Virus record (IMG/VR): IMGVR_UViG_3300020045_000475
Coordinates: 1-37,788 of that record
Source: a virus
Lineage: Duplodnaviria; Caudoviricetes
Length of the DNA: 37,788 bases
Direction: 5' to 3' (one strand)
Shown: piece by piece, positions 27,302 through 36,863 of the stretch
Layout of the letters: every line of letters starts with the position of its first letter
Position numbering within the stretch: the first letter of the stretch is position 1
Made by a program: the position numbers and the translations under genes
The notes under the pieces: model-generated
What the model was told of the DNA's origin: nothing
The model's input: only the letters and a program-made list of their open reading frames with translations
Databases searched by the model: none

Positions 27302-28081
27302 ATGATTACACCTTTACCAACACCCCCTAGTAGGCAAGATCCTAGTAACTTCAGTACACGTGCAGATGCTTTCCTTGGTGCATTACCTGCGTTCGCTACT
27401 GAAGCTAATGCAGTGGCTGTTGACGTTAATGCCGATGCTGTATTAGCACAATCAGCAGCGTCGGATGCTAGTGCTGCTCTAGCTGCAGTTAACGCAACAG
27501 CTAACGTAACTAAGTGGGTATCTGGCACTACATACACAGAAGGTCAAGTCGTATGGAGCCCTACTACGTTCTTGAGTTATAGGCGCAAGACTACAGGTGC
27601 TGGAACTACTGACCCCTCTGCTGATGGTACTAACTATACTTTGATTGCAGGCACTGGTAATGTTACACTGGATACAGCACAGACTCTGACCAATAAGACA
27701 ATTTCCTCCACCAGTAACACTATAACTGTAGATGGTACTAATAAAGTAGGTTTCCGTGAGATTCCTCAGAGTATTCAATCAACAGCTTATACTCTAGTAT
27801 TGACCGATTCCGGTAAGCACATACTACATCCAAGCGCAGACACTACAGCAAGGACTTTCACTATTCCGGCTAATGCTTCAGTTGCATTCCCAATTGGTAC
27901 AGCGATTACGTTCGTTAACCAAAATACAGCTGGGGTGTTATCTATTGCCATTACAACAGATGTAATGCGCTTGGCTAGACTAGGTACGACTGGTACTAGG
28001 ATGCTGCAAGCTAATGGTGTTGCTACAGCAATTAAGCTCACAAGTACAGAGTGGATTATTTCAGGGACGGGATTAACATGA
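27302..28081 (+). CDS. Tail fibre-like protein
   Basis: ITPLPTPPSR.DP.NF..RADAF N-terminus; WVSGTTYTEGQVVW module; TAQTLTNKT; YTLVLTDSGK..TIPANASVAFPIGT. Confidence 0.65.
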   Translation: MITPLPTPPSRQDPSNFSTRADAFLGALPAFATEANAVAVDVNADAVLAQSAASDASAALAAVNATANVTKWVSGTTYTEGQVVWSPTTFLSYRRKTTGAGTTDPSADGTNYTLIAGTGNVTLDTAQTLTNKTISSTSNTITVDGTNKVGFREIPQSIQSTAYTLVLTDSGKHILHPSADTTARTFTIPANASVAFPIGTAITFVNQNTAGVLSIAITTDVMRLARLGTTGTRMLQANGVATAIKLTSTEWIISGTGLT

Positions 28082-28830
28082 GTACTAATCAACAAGTTCT
28101 ACTTGCTGGTGGAGGTGAAGAGTCTATAGCTCTGGCCCATTCAACAACACCCTACATCTCAGTCTATCCTTGGTCAGTCTCTGGTTTTGGTACTAAGTAT
28201 GCTAATCCAGCTACTCTACCTACTGGTATCGGTAGAGGTGTTAGCTTCAGTCCAGATGGTACAGCCTTAGCTCTTGCTCACGACACCAGTCCATTCATCT
28301 CAGTCTATCCTTGGTCAGTCTCTGGTTTTGGTACTAAGTATGCTAATCCAGCTACTCTACCTACTGGTAATGGTAATGGTGTTAGCTTCAGTCCAGATGG
28401 TACAGCTATAGCTCTGGCCCATTCAACAACACCCTACATCTCAGTCTATCCTTGGTCAGTCTCTGGTTTTGGTACTAAGTATGCTGATCCAGCTACTCTA
28501 CCTATTGGTTCTGTTACAGGTAATGGTGTTAGCTTCAGTCCAGATGGATTAACTGTAGCTGTTACCCATTCCACTTCACCATTCATCTCAGTCTATCCTT
28601 GGTCAGTCTCTGGTTTTGGTACTAAGTATGCTAATCCAGCTACTTTACCTACTGGTAATGGTAATGATATAAACTTCAACCAAGACGGTACAGCTTTAGC
28701 TATAGCTCATGATACTTCACCATTCATATCAGTCTACCCTTGGTCAGTCTCTGGTTTTGGTACTAAGTATGCTAATCCAGCTACTCTACCTGCTAGTGAG
28801 GGTAGCGGAGTATCCTTCGGTACTACATAA
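28078..28830 (+). CDS. Beta-propeller (WD40-like) repeat protein, candidate receptor-binding protein
   Basis: ATGA overlap with previous stop; five 47-aa repeats with VSFSPDG. Confidence 0.7.
   Translation: MSTNQQVLLAGGGEESIALAHSTTPYISVYPWSVSGFGTKYANPATLPTGIGRGVSFSPDGTALALAHDTSPFISVYPWSVSGFGTKYANPATLPTGNGNGVSFSPDGTAIALAHSTTPYISVYPWSVSGFGTKYADPATLPIGSVTGNGVSFSPDGLTVAVTHSTSPFISVYPWSVSGFGTKYANPATLPTGNGNDINFNQDGTALAIAHDTSPFISVYPWSVSGFGTKYANPATLPASEGSGVSFGTT
28123..28820 (+). repeat. Five tandem 141-bp coding repeats (one 147 bp)
   Basis: Core tcagtctatccttggtcagtctctggttttggtactaagtatgct at 28159, 28300, 28441, 28588, 28729 (last copy has one substitution). Confidence 0.95.
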
Positions 28831-28869
28831 TAAATGAAAGGACGGAGAACTTAATTCTCCTACAATAAC

Positions 28870-29193
28870 ATGCAAAAAGAACAACTCACCCAAAATATTG
28901 ACGCTCGTAAACAAGAGATTGAAGGTTACGAGATTAACATCAATAACTACGAGCGTATGATCTCTAAGATCAAAGTGAACTGGTGCCGCGAATCAGAACC
29001 TTACTGTGGTAAAGACAACACCGAGATTGCTAACGCACGTATCACTGAAGAACTAATGAACAAAATCTCGGATTTGAACTTCAAGGATAAACTCCAAGTT
29101 TCCCTTAAATTAGAAAAGCTCGAACAACGTAAAGTTCAACTTGTTTTATCTGTTCTTCAAGATCAGCTAGATGAACTAACACAGAAGGAATAA
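28870..29193 (+). CDS. Hypothetical coiled-coil protein
   Basis: 107 aa, in operon. Confidence 0.7.
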   Translation: MQKEQLTQNIDARKQEIEGYEININNYERMISKIKVNWCRESEPYCGKDNTEIANARITEELMNKISDLNFKDKLQVSLKLEKLEQRKVQLVLSVLQDQLDELTQKE

Positions 29194-29194
29194 T

Positions 29195-29728
29195 ATGCTT
29201 GGTCGATACCTAAATGGAAACCTACAAGAACTCGTAGGTAACATTCACTTCTCCCCTTCAGTATTCCAAACTGCTGAATCATTAACACCAGAGCAGAAAG
29301 TTCAGTTCTCTGTTTATAGTATTACTGATGTAGTGCCTGAAGTTCCCTCTGGAAGTATCCTTAACGAAAGTTGGTCTTACGAAGTGCAAGATCGTAATGT
29401 AATACGCACATGGAGTACTAGGTTAAAAACACCAGAAGAACTCCAAGCACAGAACGAAAGTACAATGCGGGAGATTATCCAAGGTACTCAACAGAGACTA
29501 GATACCTTTGCTAAGAGCAGAAACTATGACAGTATTTTGTCGGCTTGCACATACGCTACATCTGCTGTAGTCAAGTTCAAGAACGAAGGTCAATACTGCG
29601 TGAATTCCAGAGATGCAACATGGTCTGTACTTTATAGCATCCTAGCACAAGTACAAGCTAACACGCGCCCAATGCCTCAGAGCTACGCTGAGATTGAACC
29701 TGAGTTACCTCAGTTGACATGGCCTTGA
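29195..29728 (+). CDS. Tail fibre assembly-like protein
   Basis: QQRLDTFAKSRNYDSILSACTYATS...ELPQLTWP C-terminus typical of tail-fibre-associated chaperones. Confidence 0.6.
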   Translation: MLGRYLNGNLQELVGNIHFSPSVFQTAESLTPEQKVQFSVYSITDVVPEVPSGSILNESWSYEVQDRNVIRTWSTRLKTPEELQAQNESTMREIIQGTQQRLDTFAKSRNYDSILSACTYATSAVVKFKNEGQYCVNSRDATWSVLYSILAQVQANTRPMPQSYAEIEPELPQLTWP

Positions 29729-29729
29729 T

Positions 29730-29975
29730 ATGTTCAGCTATCTACTCAAGATCAGTATTTCACTAGATCAACTAGCCAATACTATTCTCAAGGGGGAACC
29801 AGACGAAACCCTTAGTTCACGTGCATATCGCGCAGATACTAAGGGGCGTTTATTCGGTAGGTTCTTCCGTCCTGTGATTGATGGTGTGTTCTTTTGGCAA
29901 GAGAACCATTGTGCTGACTCATACATATCTGAGGTTAAGCGCAGGCAATTACCCATTGAGTTCCAAGAGGTGTAA
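29730..29975 (+). CDS. Conserved phage hypothetical protein
   Basis: LDQLANTIL.G.PDETLSSRAYR...ID..FFW..NHC. Confidence 0.7.
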   Translation: MFSYLLKISISLDQLANTILKGEPDETLSSRAYRADTKGRLFGRFFRPVIDGVFFWQENHCADSYISEVKRRQLPIEFQEV

Positions 29976-29976
29976 T

Positions 29977-30516
29977 ATGCGTACTCGCTTGATTAATAAC
30001 CTAAGTAAAGCACTGTGGGATAGTGACCTGATAGCTACCCGCATTGCTTTATCATTAGCAGAGATGTTCTGGGCGGTTATGCTCTTATGGCCCGGAGATA
30101 CATTTACTCGGCCTACTTACGCTCTGATGAACAAAGCAACTAACGAGGAAGTATGGGGTGTACTCTTTCTAGTATCCTCCGTTACTCAAATGAGCATTGT
30201 TCTTCTGGATGACATGGGTAGTAGGTTCGCTAGGTACTTTGCTGGTTGGAACGCAGCATTATGGACCTACGTAGTAACCTCTATGCTAATCTCAGTTCAA
30301 CCACCACCTGCTGCTATCGGCGGTGAGATTGCGTTAGCTCTATTTGCTATATGGATATGGGCTAGACCTAACATACTAGCTAAAGGTATGCAAGCTGTAA
30401 CTGCTGCTGAGTATAAAGAACACCGTGAGGACTATCACGAGAGTCAATTCTTGATTAACCAAATACAAAAGGATATGCAGAACATTGCTGATCTGAATAA
30501 CAAAGGTACTACGTAA
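29977..30516 (+). CDS. Multi-pass membrane protein
   Basis: About four hydrophobic segments; ATG 29977 with SD gagg. Confidence 0.7.
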   Translation: MRTRLINNLSKALWDSDLIATRIALSLAEMFWAVMLLWPGDTFTRPTYALMNKATNEEVWGVLFLVSSVTQMSIVLLDDMGSRFARYFAGWNAALWTYVVTSMLISVQPPPAAIGGEIALALFAIWIWARPNILAKGMQAVTAAEYKEHREDYHESQFLINQIQKDMQNIADLNNKGTT

Positions 30517-30941
30517 TGTCCTATGAGAATAAAGATAACAAAGACAATAAACAAAACAATCAGTACAGCTACGGTATCCACAACGATTACTCTGACAGCT
30601 CATTAGAAGGCTCCAGTGCTCACCAGTACGAAAACAAGCACAACCCTAGCCTGCGTGATATTTATGCGCTCCTAGGGGCTATGCAGAGGCAGCTAGACAG
30701 CATTGAGCACAAGCAAGCTACGCAGATTAAAGCATTCACTAAGAATGATCTAGGTGAACCTGATTACGATGGACACCGTGCGTATCACTCCAGAAGCAAT
30801 AAAGCCAATGAGAACCTAGAGAAGTACAAGACGGGTTTAACTAAGTCATTACTTGAGTGGATTATGAAGGGTGGTATCGCTATTATGGGATTGGGTATTA
30901 TTAGCCTAATCGGTAATCGCCTAGGTGATATTATTAAGTAA
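30516..30941 (+). CDS. Hypothetical protein with C-terminal transmembrane helix
   Basis: TAATG coupling; coiled coil then GGIAIMGLGIISLIG. Confidence 0.65.
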   Translation: MSYENKDNKDNKQNNQYSYGIHNDYSDSSLEGSSAHQYENKHNPSLRDIYALLGAMQRQLDSIEHKQATQIKAFTKNDLGEPDYDGHRAYHSRSNKANENLEKYKTGLTKSLLEWIMKGGIAIMGLGIISLIGNRLGDIIK

Positions 30942-30992
30942 AGAATCAATAACAAAGGTAGCACTGAGTGCTATACAAATAAAGGAGGCACT

Positions 30993-31490
30993 ATGTTGCC
31001 AATTATCGCTAGCATCATTTCAACCCTTATCTCTAATAATCTACCTCGTGTAGCTGACGCTGTAGTGAACAAAGGCTTAGACTACGTTGAAGATAAACTA
31101 GGACTGAAGCTAGAACCTAACATGACCCAAGAGAAGATCGCAGAGATTGCACTTAAGGCACAACAACACGAAGAGTTCCTTGAGGAAAGCTCTCAGAAGA
31201 ATACAGCAGATGCTCGTGCAATGAACGTAAGTATCCAGACGAGTCAATTCGCAAGTACACTTGCACAGAACTCCGCGTACATCTTGGATTTCTTGATTGT
31301 TAGTGCTGCTGTTATCTGCTCATGGTTGGCTTTCTTTCAGGGTGTACCTGCTGAGAATAAAGAGCTAGTATACATGGGTTTAGGATCGTTGTGGACAATG
31401 GCAGGTACTGTGGTTAATTTCCACAGGGGTTCTAGCCGTGGCTCTCAGAATAAAGACGCAGTGATTGACAAGATTAGTTCTAGACTCTGA
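30993..31490 (+). CDS. Holin-like protein (3TM type)
   Basis: ADARAM, two TM segments, VVNFHRGSSRGSQNKD; next to endolysin. Confidence 0.65.
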   Translation: MLPIIASIISTLISNNLPRVADAVVNKGLDYVEDKLGLKLEPNMTQEKIAEIALKAQQHEEFLEESSQKNTADARAMNVSIQTSQFASTLAQNSAYILDFLIVSAAVICSWLAFFQGVPAENKELVYMGLGSLWTMAGTVVNFHRGSSRGSQNKDAVIDKISSRL

Positions 31491-31516
31491 TAAGAACAGC
31501 CCATAGTGATAAGATT

Positions 31517-32113
31517 ATGATAAGGGAAGAGCAACTAAAAGAACTAAAGATACACCCTAAGTGGTTAGAGGGTTTAAATCTTTGTTTCGAGCGTTTCGAT
31601 ATAAGTACATCATGGCGACAAGCTGGATTCATCGGTCAATGTCAGCACGAATCAGCTAACTTCACAATCCTTCAAGAGAACTTGAATTATTCCGCTGATG
31701 GACTCGTGAATACATGGCCTAAGAGGTTCACGAAAGACACAGCCATTAAGTACCATCGTAAACCCGAAGCAATCGCCAATAGAGTCTATGCTGATCGTAT
31801 GGGTAATGGAGATGAATCAAGTGGAGATGGGTGGCTGTACCGTGGTAGAGGTTTGATTCAACTCACAGGTAAACAAGCGTATCTGCTTTGTGGTATGTCG
31901 CTGGATACTGATCTAGTAAGTACCCCTGAGAGGGCTTCAGAGGCTCCATACGCTGTTTTAACTGCTGGTTGGTACTGGTACAATAATAACCTCAATCGCT
32001 TCTGTGATAGCACCGATTGGAGAGGTTTAACGAAGGCTATCAATGGGGGGTATCATGGGCTGGATGATAGATTAGCTAAGATCAGTAAAGCACTGAAAGT
32101 TCTTGGTGAATAG
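31517..32113 (+). CDS. Endolysin, glycoside hydrolase family 19
   Basis: QCQHES, ENLNYS, RMGNG..SGDGWLYRGRGLIQLTGK, TKAINGG..GLDDR. Confidence 0.93.
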   Translation: MIREEQLKELKIHPKWLEGLNLCFERFDISTSWRQAGFIGQCQHESANFTILQENLNYSADGLVNTWPKRFTKDTAIKYHRKPEAIANRVYADRMGNGDESSGDGWLYRGRGLIQLTGKQAYLLCGMSLDTDLVSTPERASEAPYAVLTAGWYWYNNNLNRFCDSTDWRGLTKAINGGYHGLDDRLAKISKALKVLGE

Positions 32114-32207
32114 AGAAGCGAATAGATAAACTAAGGGGTATTGCCCAATAAACCAAGGATTAGTTCTGGTATGTGAATAGATAGTAAATGGATATTACAA
32201 CAGACGT

Positions 32208-32260
32208 AAAAACGCCCGTAGCGCCTTGGTATTAACCTTGGTACTACGGGCGTTTTTTTT
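32208..32260. terminator. Bidirectional intrinsic terminator at module convergence
   Basis: aaaaacgcccgtag...ctacgggcgtttttttt. Confidence 0.9.
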
Positions 32261-33260
32261 ATGTGGTTACAATTGGATATAACGCAATGGCTTTCTCAAG
32301 TAACCTTCTATAGTTAGTTCCTGTACGTATCCTAGATACACATGACTTTTCAATCTTTGTTATTAGACTAATGTCTGAGTTTTTCATCCCAAGGGTTATT
32401 AACCTATCTGCTAAACTTAAAGCATATTCTGAGAAAGCACCTGCTGTTGATGACTCTGGAAATACTTTACCATATTTCTCATAAGTTTTCACCCAACGTT
32501 TGCCGTGTCTCACAAGTGAAATATACCTCTCGTGCAATCCGAATACTTTAGCAACTTCTTCGTTGGTCTTGTACTGTAGAAACAGATCATACATTGCTAG
32601 AATATCAACCTCTTTTACTTTAGCTGAAGGCATATCTTCGCTTGCAACTACAGGTCTAAGACCAGTCTCAAAGGCGTGTTTTGCGTTACCTTGCGGTGTA
32701 ACCAGTTCAAGGTTGTCAATTTGATTATTAGTCTTATTACCGTCTTTATGATTCACAAGCATGTGCCTAGGTGTACAACCGTGGTGAAGTGCATAAACAA
32801 TACGATGAGCACCAATCGAATCAAAAGTAGAGTATGAGCTTGTCACAGATCCAGCTTGTTCTCCTTTTCTACGTATAGTGTATTTACCATTTGACCTATC
32901 TTCATTCCAAGCTAAGAAAGTTGGAGAGTGTTCATCATAAACTAAGAACGTAAAGTCCGAGGCAATTATGTCCTTTCTATTTATCTTTCTTTTGTAATTA
33001 CTTAGATTAAAACCAAGACTAATTAAACCTTGCACTATGTCGATTTCTAAATCTTCAGATTCTGATTTAGTCAAGCAATCGTAAAGTATCTCTGAATAGA
33101 ACTCACGACCCTCTAGGCGAATAATCCAAGACTTAGCTGGTTTATTCTTGCCGTGTTTTCTATTAGCTCTTTGCAAAGTTCCTTCACCTACGTAGAATAC
33201 TTCATTTGTGTCTGTGAATCTCTGAATGTAAACACAGAATCTTTTGTCAGTTAACTTCAT
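32259..33260 (-). CDS. Homing endonuclease: GIY-YIG-like N-terminus, HNH, two HTH-like repeats
   Basis: VYIQ..FYVGEG..R; AHRIVY..NHKDGNKTNNQIDNL..NAKHA; EVAKVFGL..YISLVRHGKRW. Confidence 0.85.
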   Translation of the reverse strand: MKLTDKRFCVYIQRFTDTNEVFYVGEGTLQRANRKHGKNKPAKSWIIRLEGREFYSEILYDCLTKSESEDLEIDIVQGLISLGFNLSNYKRKINRKDIIASDFTFLVYDEHSPTFLAWNEDRSNGKYTIRRKGEQAGSVTSSYSTFDSIGAHRIVYALHHGCTPRHMLVNHKDGNKTNNQIDNLELVTPQGNAKHAFETGLRPVVASEDMPSAKVKEVDILAMYDLFLQYKTNEEVAKVFGLHERYISLVRHGKRWVKTYEKYGKVFPESSTAGAFSEYALSLADRLITLGMKNSDISLITKIEKSCVSRIRTGTNYRRLLEKAIALYPIVTT

Positions 33261-33267
33261 AATAAAT

Positions 33268-33304
33268 AAAAAGGATTACCTAGAGTTAACCAGATAATCC
33301 CTCC
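33268..33304 (-). terminator. Intrinsic terminator after nrdA
   Basis: On - strand ggagggattatctgg...taggtaatcc-ttttt. Confidence 0.6.
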
Positions 33305-33310
33305 TTTAGT

Positions 33311-35044
33311 TTACTGGCAAGTTTCGCAAGTTTCTACGCGCTTGATCTCTCCACTACCTCGCATAGAGTAGATGTAGTACAAGCTCAAAATACCCTCGTC
33401 TTCAAATGCTTGGCGGTGAATATCTGCAATGTATTCCTCGGAGTCATTTGACGTGAAGTATAGGTTAATACTCTGTCCTTGGTCAATGTACTTCTGGCGT
33501 TGGCTACACAAGCGCAGGAAGTCCTCCATGCGTACTTCAAATCCAGTACGAAACACAGCCTTCTCGTGATCGTTTAACCAATTAACATTCTGTACACTAC
33601 CTTTAGAGTTTGTAATCTCCTTGATATTCTCGTCGTTATAAATTCCTCGTTCTTTCATCAATTCTAATAGAACTTTATTAATACGGAAGAATTCACCACC
33701 TGCTGATTGCTTGGTAAAAACCATTGCTGTATCCAGTCCAATACCTTCAGAAGCCCCAGCCATGATTTCACATGTGGACTTTGTTGGAGGCATCATTAAC
33801 TTTGTTGCATTGCGTACACCCAATCCGCGACAACCTTCAGGTTCACCTAAAGTTTCAGCTAACCATTGGGTAGTCAAAGTAGCCTCATTGTCAATGCGCT
33901 TAAAGATTTCGTCATTCAAGTACATTGTTTCTAGGCTACCAATAACTAAGCGTTCCTTTTGTAGAAGAGTATGAAACCCTAGCACACCAGAGCCTAAAGC
34001 ACGGAACTCCTTGGTGAACTTATAAATCTTCTTCATTGCTGTTTTATCAAGCTCGGACATTTCATCCATTGATGCTAAGTATTCGCTGATATTACAGTCG
34101 CTCATAATCTGACCAATCCAGATTAAATGTGCAGGCCAATCCCGGTACAACTCAAGGTTGTAATTCAAGATCACGCAGGAAAAGGTGTATTCCTCGTCTG
34201 CTGGTAGTACTGTTTCTTGACATAAATTTGATGCCTTTACTGTCAGTCCTTTTCGTTTAAATGCTGGAGCTAAATGTCGATTCATCTTGTCAATAAAAGA
34301 GTAGTAACCCTTACCTCGTGGTAATTTAACACCAAGGGTTTGAGCGAATTTCTTTACAGATTCTGGATCATTATTTTGAAGTAAACTAATGAACTCGTTA
34401 TCAATCAACCAACCTACATTATTACTCTCTGTGCTTTCGTACAGGTGTTTAACAACACGATTAAAATCCCCGTGTTGTGGGCGAATACTATAAGCTAAAC
34501 TTCCGCGTCGAGATGCTTGTGTTACTTCTTCCATACAGGCGATAAAGTCCCGAATCAAGGGCATCACACCTAAACTACGACCTCCACGTTTTAAAGTGGC
34601 ACCCTCAGCAGGCCAATCATCAATACTATAGCTTGTACCGTGACTATGCTTCGTTAGTACTGCGGCCTCTGTGATAGCGTTGTAGCGATCAAAGAGATTG
34701 TTACCTACGTAACCACCAGCACAGGAAACTGTTGTACCTCGCTTACGAATACCACCGTTGGCTAGTAATGGCGTAGATGCACTAATGTAACCATCCCAAA
34801 AAGAATCAAAGAACACATCTGAGTAAGTTTTCCCTTTAGTGTAAGGGTCTACTTCCCACCACGTTGGGTATGTAGCTGGCGCATGATTTGCCATCGCTCG
34901 TGCAATAGTTTTAAATCTGGACTTGGGTGTTTCATTCTGGTAGGAATACTTCTCATAGAAAAGTTGTAGACCTCCTGTTGTGAACCAACTAGGTGCTTCC
35001 TCAGATAACTGGAGTTGTTTGCGTAACGCGCTATAGTCAATCAT
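33311..35044 (-). CDS. nrdA: Class I ribonucleotide reductase alpha subunit (short, no ATP-cone)
   Basis: VSC, SNLCQE, FSCVI, PPTKS, DQGQSINL, SLYY, C-terminal CETCQ. Confidence 0.93.
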   Translation of the reverse strand: MIDYSALRKQLQLSEEAPSWFTTGGLQLFYEKYSYQNETPKSRFKTIARAMANHAPATYPTWWEVDPYTKGKTYSDVFFDSFWDGYISASTPLLANGGIRKRGTTVSCAGGYVGNNLFDRYNAITEAAVLTKHSHGTSYSIDDWPAEGATLKRGGRSLGVMPLIRDFIACMEEVTQASRRGSLAYSIRPQHGDFNRVVKHLYESTESNNVGWLIDNEFISLLQNNDPESVKKFAQTLGVKLPRGKGYYSFIDKMNRHLAPAFKRKGLTVKASNLCQETVLPADEEYTFSCVILNYNLELYRDWPAHLIWIGQIMSDCNISEYLASMDEMSELDKTAMKKIYKFTKEFRALGSGVLGFHTLLQKERLVIGSLETMYLNDEIFKRIDNEATLTTQWLAETLGEPEGCRGLGVRNATKLMMPPTKSTCEIMAGASEGIGLDTAMVFTKQSAGGEFFRINKVLLELMKERGIYNDENIKEITNSKGSVQNVNWLNDHEKAVFRTGFEVRMEDFLRLCSQRQKYIDQGQSINLYFTSNDSEEYIADIHRQAFEDEGILSLYYIYSMRGSGEIKRVETCETCQ

Positions 35045-36036
35045 TTAGTTCCTTTATTCCATGTTTTCTCAAAAGATGATTCATCCCAAGAAGATTCATA
35101 TTCGCTTCCTAAACCTGCACTGAAAAAATCAATCACTTTGTAAGAGTAAGTATTCTTCTCGAACCAGTCAATAACTGTGCATACCTTAACTTCAAACTCA
35201 GGTGGTAGCCCGAGACGTTCTAGGTACATATTGAGCCTGTATTTAACGAACTCTTTATACTCTTGTTTATCTACACCATTGAACTTGTCTCCAGTAATAG
35301 CTAAGTCAATAATACGACTCTCGTGTAAGTATGCATAGTGTACAGCTTCTTTTACTTTCTCGTAACGAGCAGTATCTTCTAGTAGAGAAGTACCGAGTTC
35401 ATTGTAGTACGTATTTACAATCTCTGCTGACAGTTGACCATGCAAGTCCTCGTCAATTGCACTTTGGTTTGTCCCTCGAACAATCACAGGTAGTAGGTTA
35501 TAACCATTGGACTGGAAGCTCTTTAGAATAGCAAAGGAACTAAACAGTAAAGCAGTCTCTGTCATTGAGAAGATAATCGTAGCAAGAATTTTATCCTCTT
35601 GTCCAAGTACAGAACCCAGCCACTTAACACGCGCTGAAAGTTCAGGGTCTTTTGTGTACGCTAGATAATCTGCATCGGTGTCCATACCTAAAACAGTATT
35701 GAACTGATTGTAGAACTCTGCATGAATTGACTTCTCAACCATATCAACAACCGAAGCTGCGAGGCGTACCTCTGGTCGTGGAAACGTATTAGCTACAGTA
35801 TTACCCCAGAAGTCCCCTACCATTAGTTCATACCGTAGGAACAACTGCAGAACTGTCTTAACTGCATGTTGTTGCTCTTCTGTTAGTCCATATAGTAGCT
35901 GCATACGATCTAGTTCTACTTTCATCTCAGAGCTAACCCAGAACTGTTCTTCTAGTTGCTTATTAGCCAAAGCAACGATCTTTGGATAGTGTCGAACGTA
36001 GCTATCCGTTGTTTGTGTAATACGCGGTGCAATCAC
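35041..36036 (-). CDS. nrdB: Class I ribonucleotide reductase beta subunit
   Basis: FW..E, EKSIHAEFY, TETALLFSSF, DEDLH, DFF...SEY. Confidence 0.92.
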   Translation of the reverse strand: MIAPRITQTTDSYVRHYPKIVALANKQLEEQFWVSSEMKVELDRMQLLYGLTEEQQHAVKTVLQLFLRYELMVGDFWGNTVANTFPRPEVRLAASVVDMVEKSIHAEFYNQFNTVLGMDTDADYLAYTKDPELSARVKWLGSVLGQEDKILATIIFSMTETALLFSSFAILKSFQSNGYNLLPVIVRGTNQSAIDEDLHGQLSAEIVNTYYNELGTSLLEDTARYEKVKEAVHYAYLHESRIIDLAITGDKFNGVDKQEYKEFVKYRLNMYLERLGLPPEFEVKVCTVIDWFEKNTYSYKVIDFFSAGLGSEYESSWDESSFEKTWNKGTK

Positions 36037-36290
36037 TCAACACCACCCTTCAAAACCGTCAGTACATCCATTGGTTTATTCCCAGCGATCACCGTCCGTA
36101 CGCCCTGTGCATTAACCACCGTAGTCGGCAATGATCGCACATTGTACTCCTTAGCCAACGCTGGATTAGCATCAATATCAACATAGCTATAAAGCACATT
36201 GTTCATCTCAAGTACACCCTTTAGTTGTTTGCATCCAGTACACCATGATGCACCGAACACTGTTACTTCTGTTTTATTATCGTATTTCAT
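36033..36290 (-). CDS. Thioredoxin/glutaredoxin
   Basis: WCTGC, VRSLPT; coupled to nrdB. Confidence 0.88.
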   Translation of the reverse strand: MKYDNKTEVTVFGASWCTGCKQLKGVLEMNNVLYSYVDIDANPALAKEYNVRSLPTTVVNAQGVRTVIAGNKPMDVLTVLKGGVE

Positions 36291-36339
36291 TAATTCTTTC
36301 TTTGTTTAAATCAATCTTCCTGATCTGTCGGGCTAGTTC

Positions 36340-36792
36340 CTAGTCCTCTTGCACCACAGTATAGCGATCACGCTGCTCTAGCGTGTACTGTGCGTCAACT
36401 GTTTCATGCCGCTGTCGATAAATATCATCCACAATGTGATTATTCTGGTTCTTATCCAAAGCAGCACGACTGGCATTACCACTCTTTAACCATTCTTCAT
36501 CGCTGCGTTCATTACCATACCAGCGAGTGCATTGTACCACTTGGTTAAGACGGTTTCTGTGTTGGATGTTAATCTGCTTGGTGTAATCCTGTGATGTATC
36601 TAGTCCTAAATCCCACAGAATACTACTGAACTTACGAGGAAAGTTAACCTCCCATTCATTGTTGTAGTTCTCATACGCTGTTTGAATCTCGGATTCTGAT
36701 ACGTGGATAACCGCACAGATAAGGCTAGCTTTCTGTTGGTTACTCTTTGGTTTATTCCGCAGAGTTCCGTGTGTTTCTGTGTTTTGTTGCAT
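36340..36792 (-). CDS. Hypothetical protein
   Basis: 150 aa, SD aagga. Confidence 0.7.
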   Translation of the reverse strand: MQQNTETHGTLRNKPKSNQQKASLICAVIHVSESEIQTAYENYNNEWEVNFPRKFSSILWDLGLDTSQDYTKQINIQHRNRLNQVVQCTRWYGNERSDEEWLKSGNASRAALDKNQNNHIVDDIYRQRHETVDAQYTLEQRDRYTVVQED

Positions 36793-36825
36793 GTGTTCCT
36801 TATCTTTGTTAAGCAGCGGGTAGCT

Positions 36826-36854
36826 AGTATATCACGGTGATTCTAGTAAGTGAA
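36826..36854 (-). promoter_or_regulatory. Sigma70-type promoter
   Basis: TTCACT-17 nt-TATACT with extended -10 TG. Confidence 0.5.
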
Positions 36855-36863
36855 GTGCAAAGG

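Noticed and set aside
28123-28820. CRISPR array or DGR template/variable repeat
   Set aside because: Repeats are in-frame coding units of 141 bp; variation is not adenine-specific; no cas or reverse transcriptase
33311-36036. Introns or inteins in nrdA/nrdB
   Set aside because: Both frames are continuous and compact with all motifs present
2245-36186. Many short ORFs overlapping major genes on other frames or strands (e.g. 7757-8266, 12758-13168, 22056-22400)
   Set aside because: Shadows of biased codon usage; no SD or recognisable motifs
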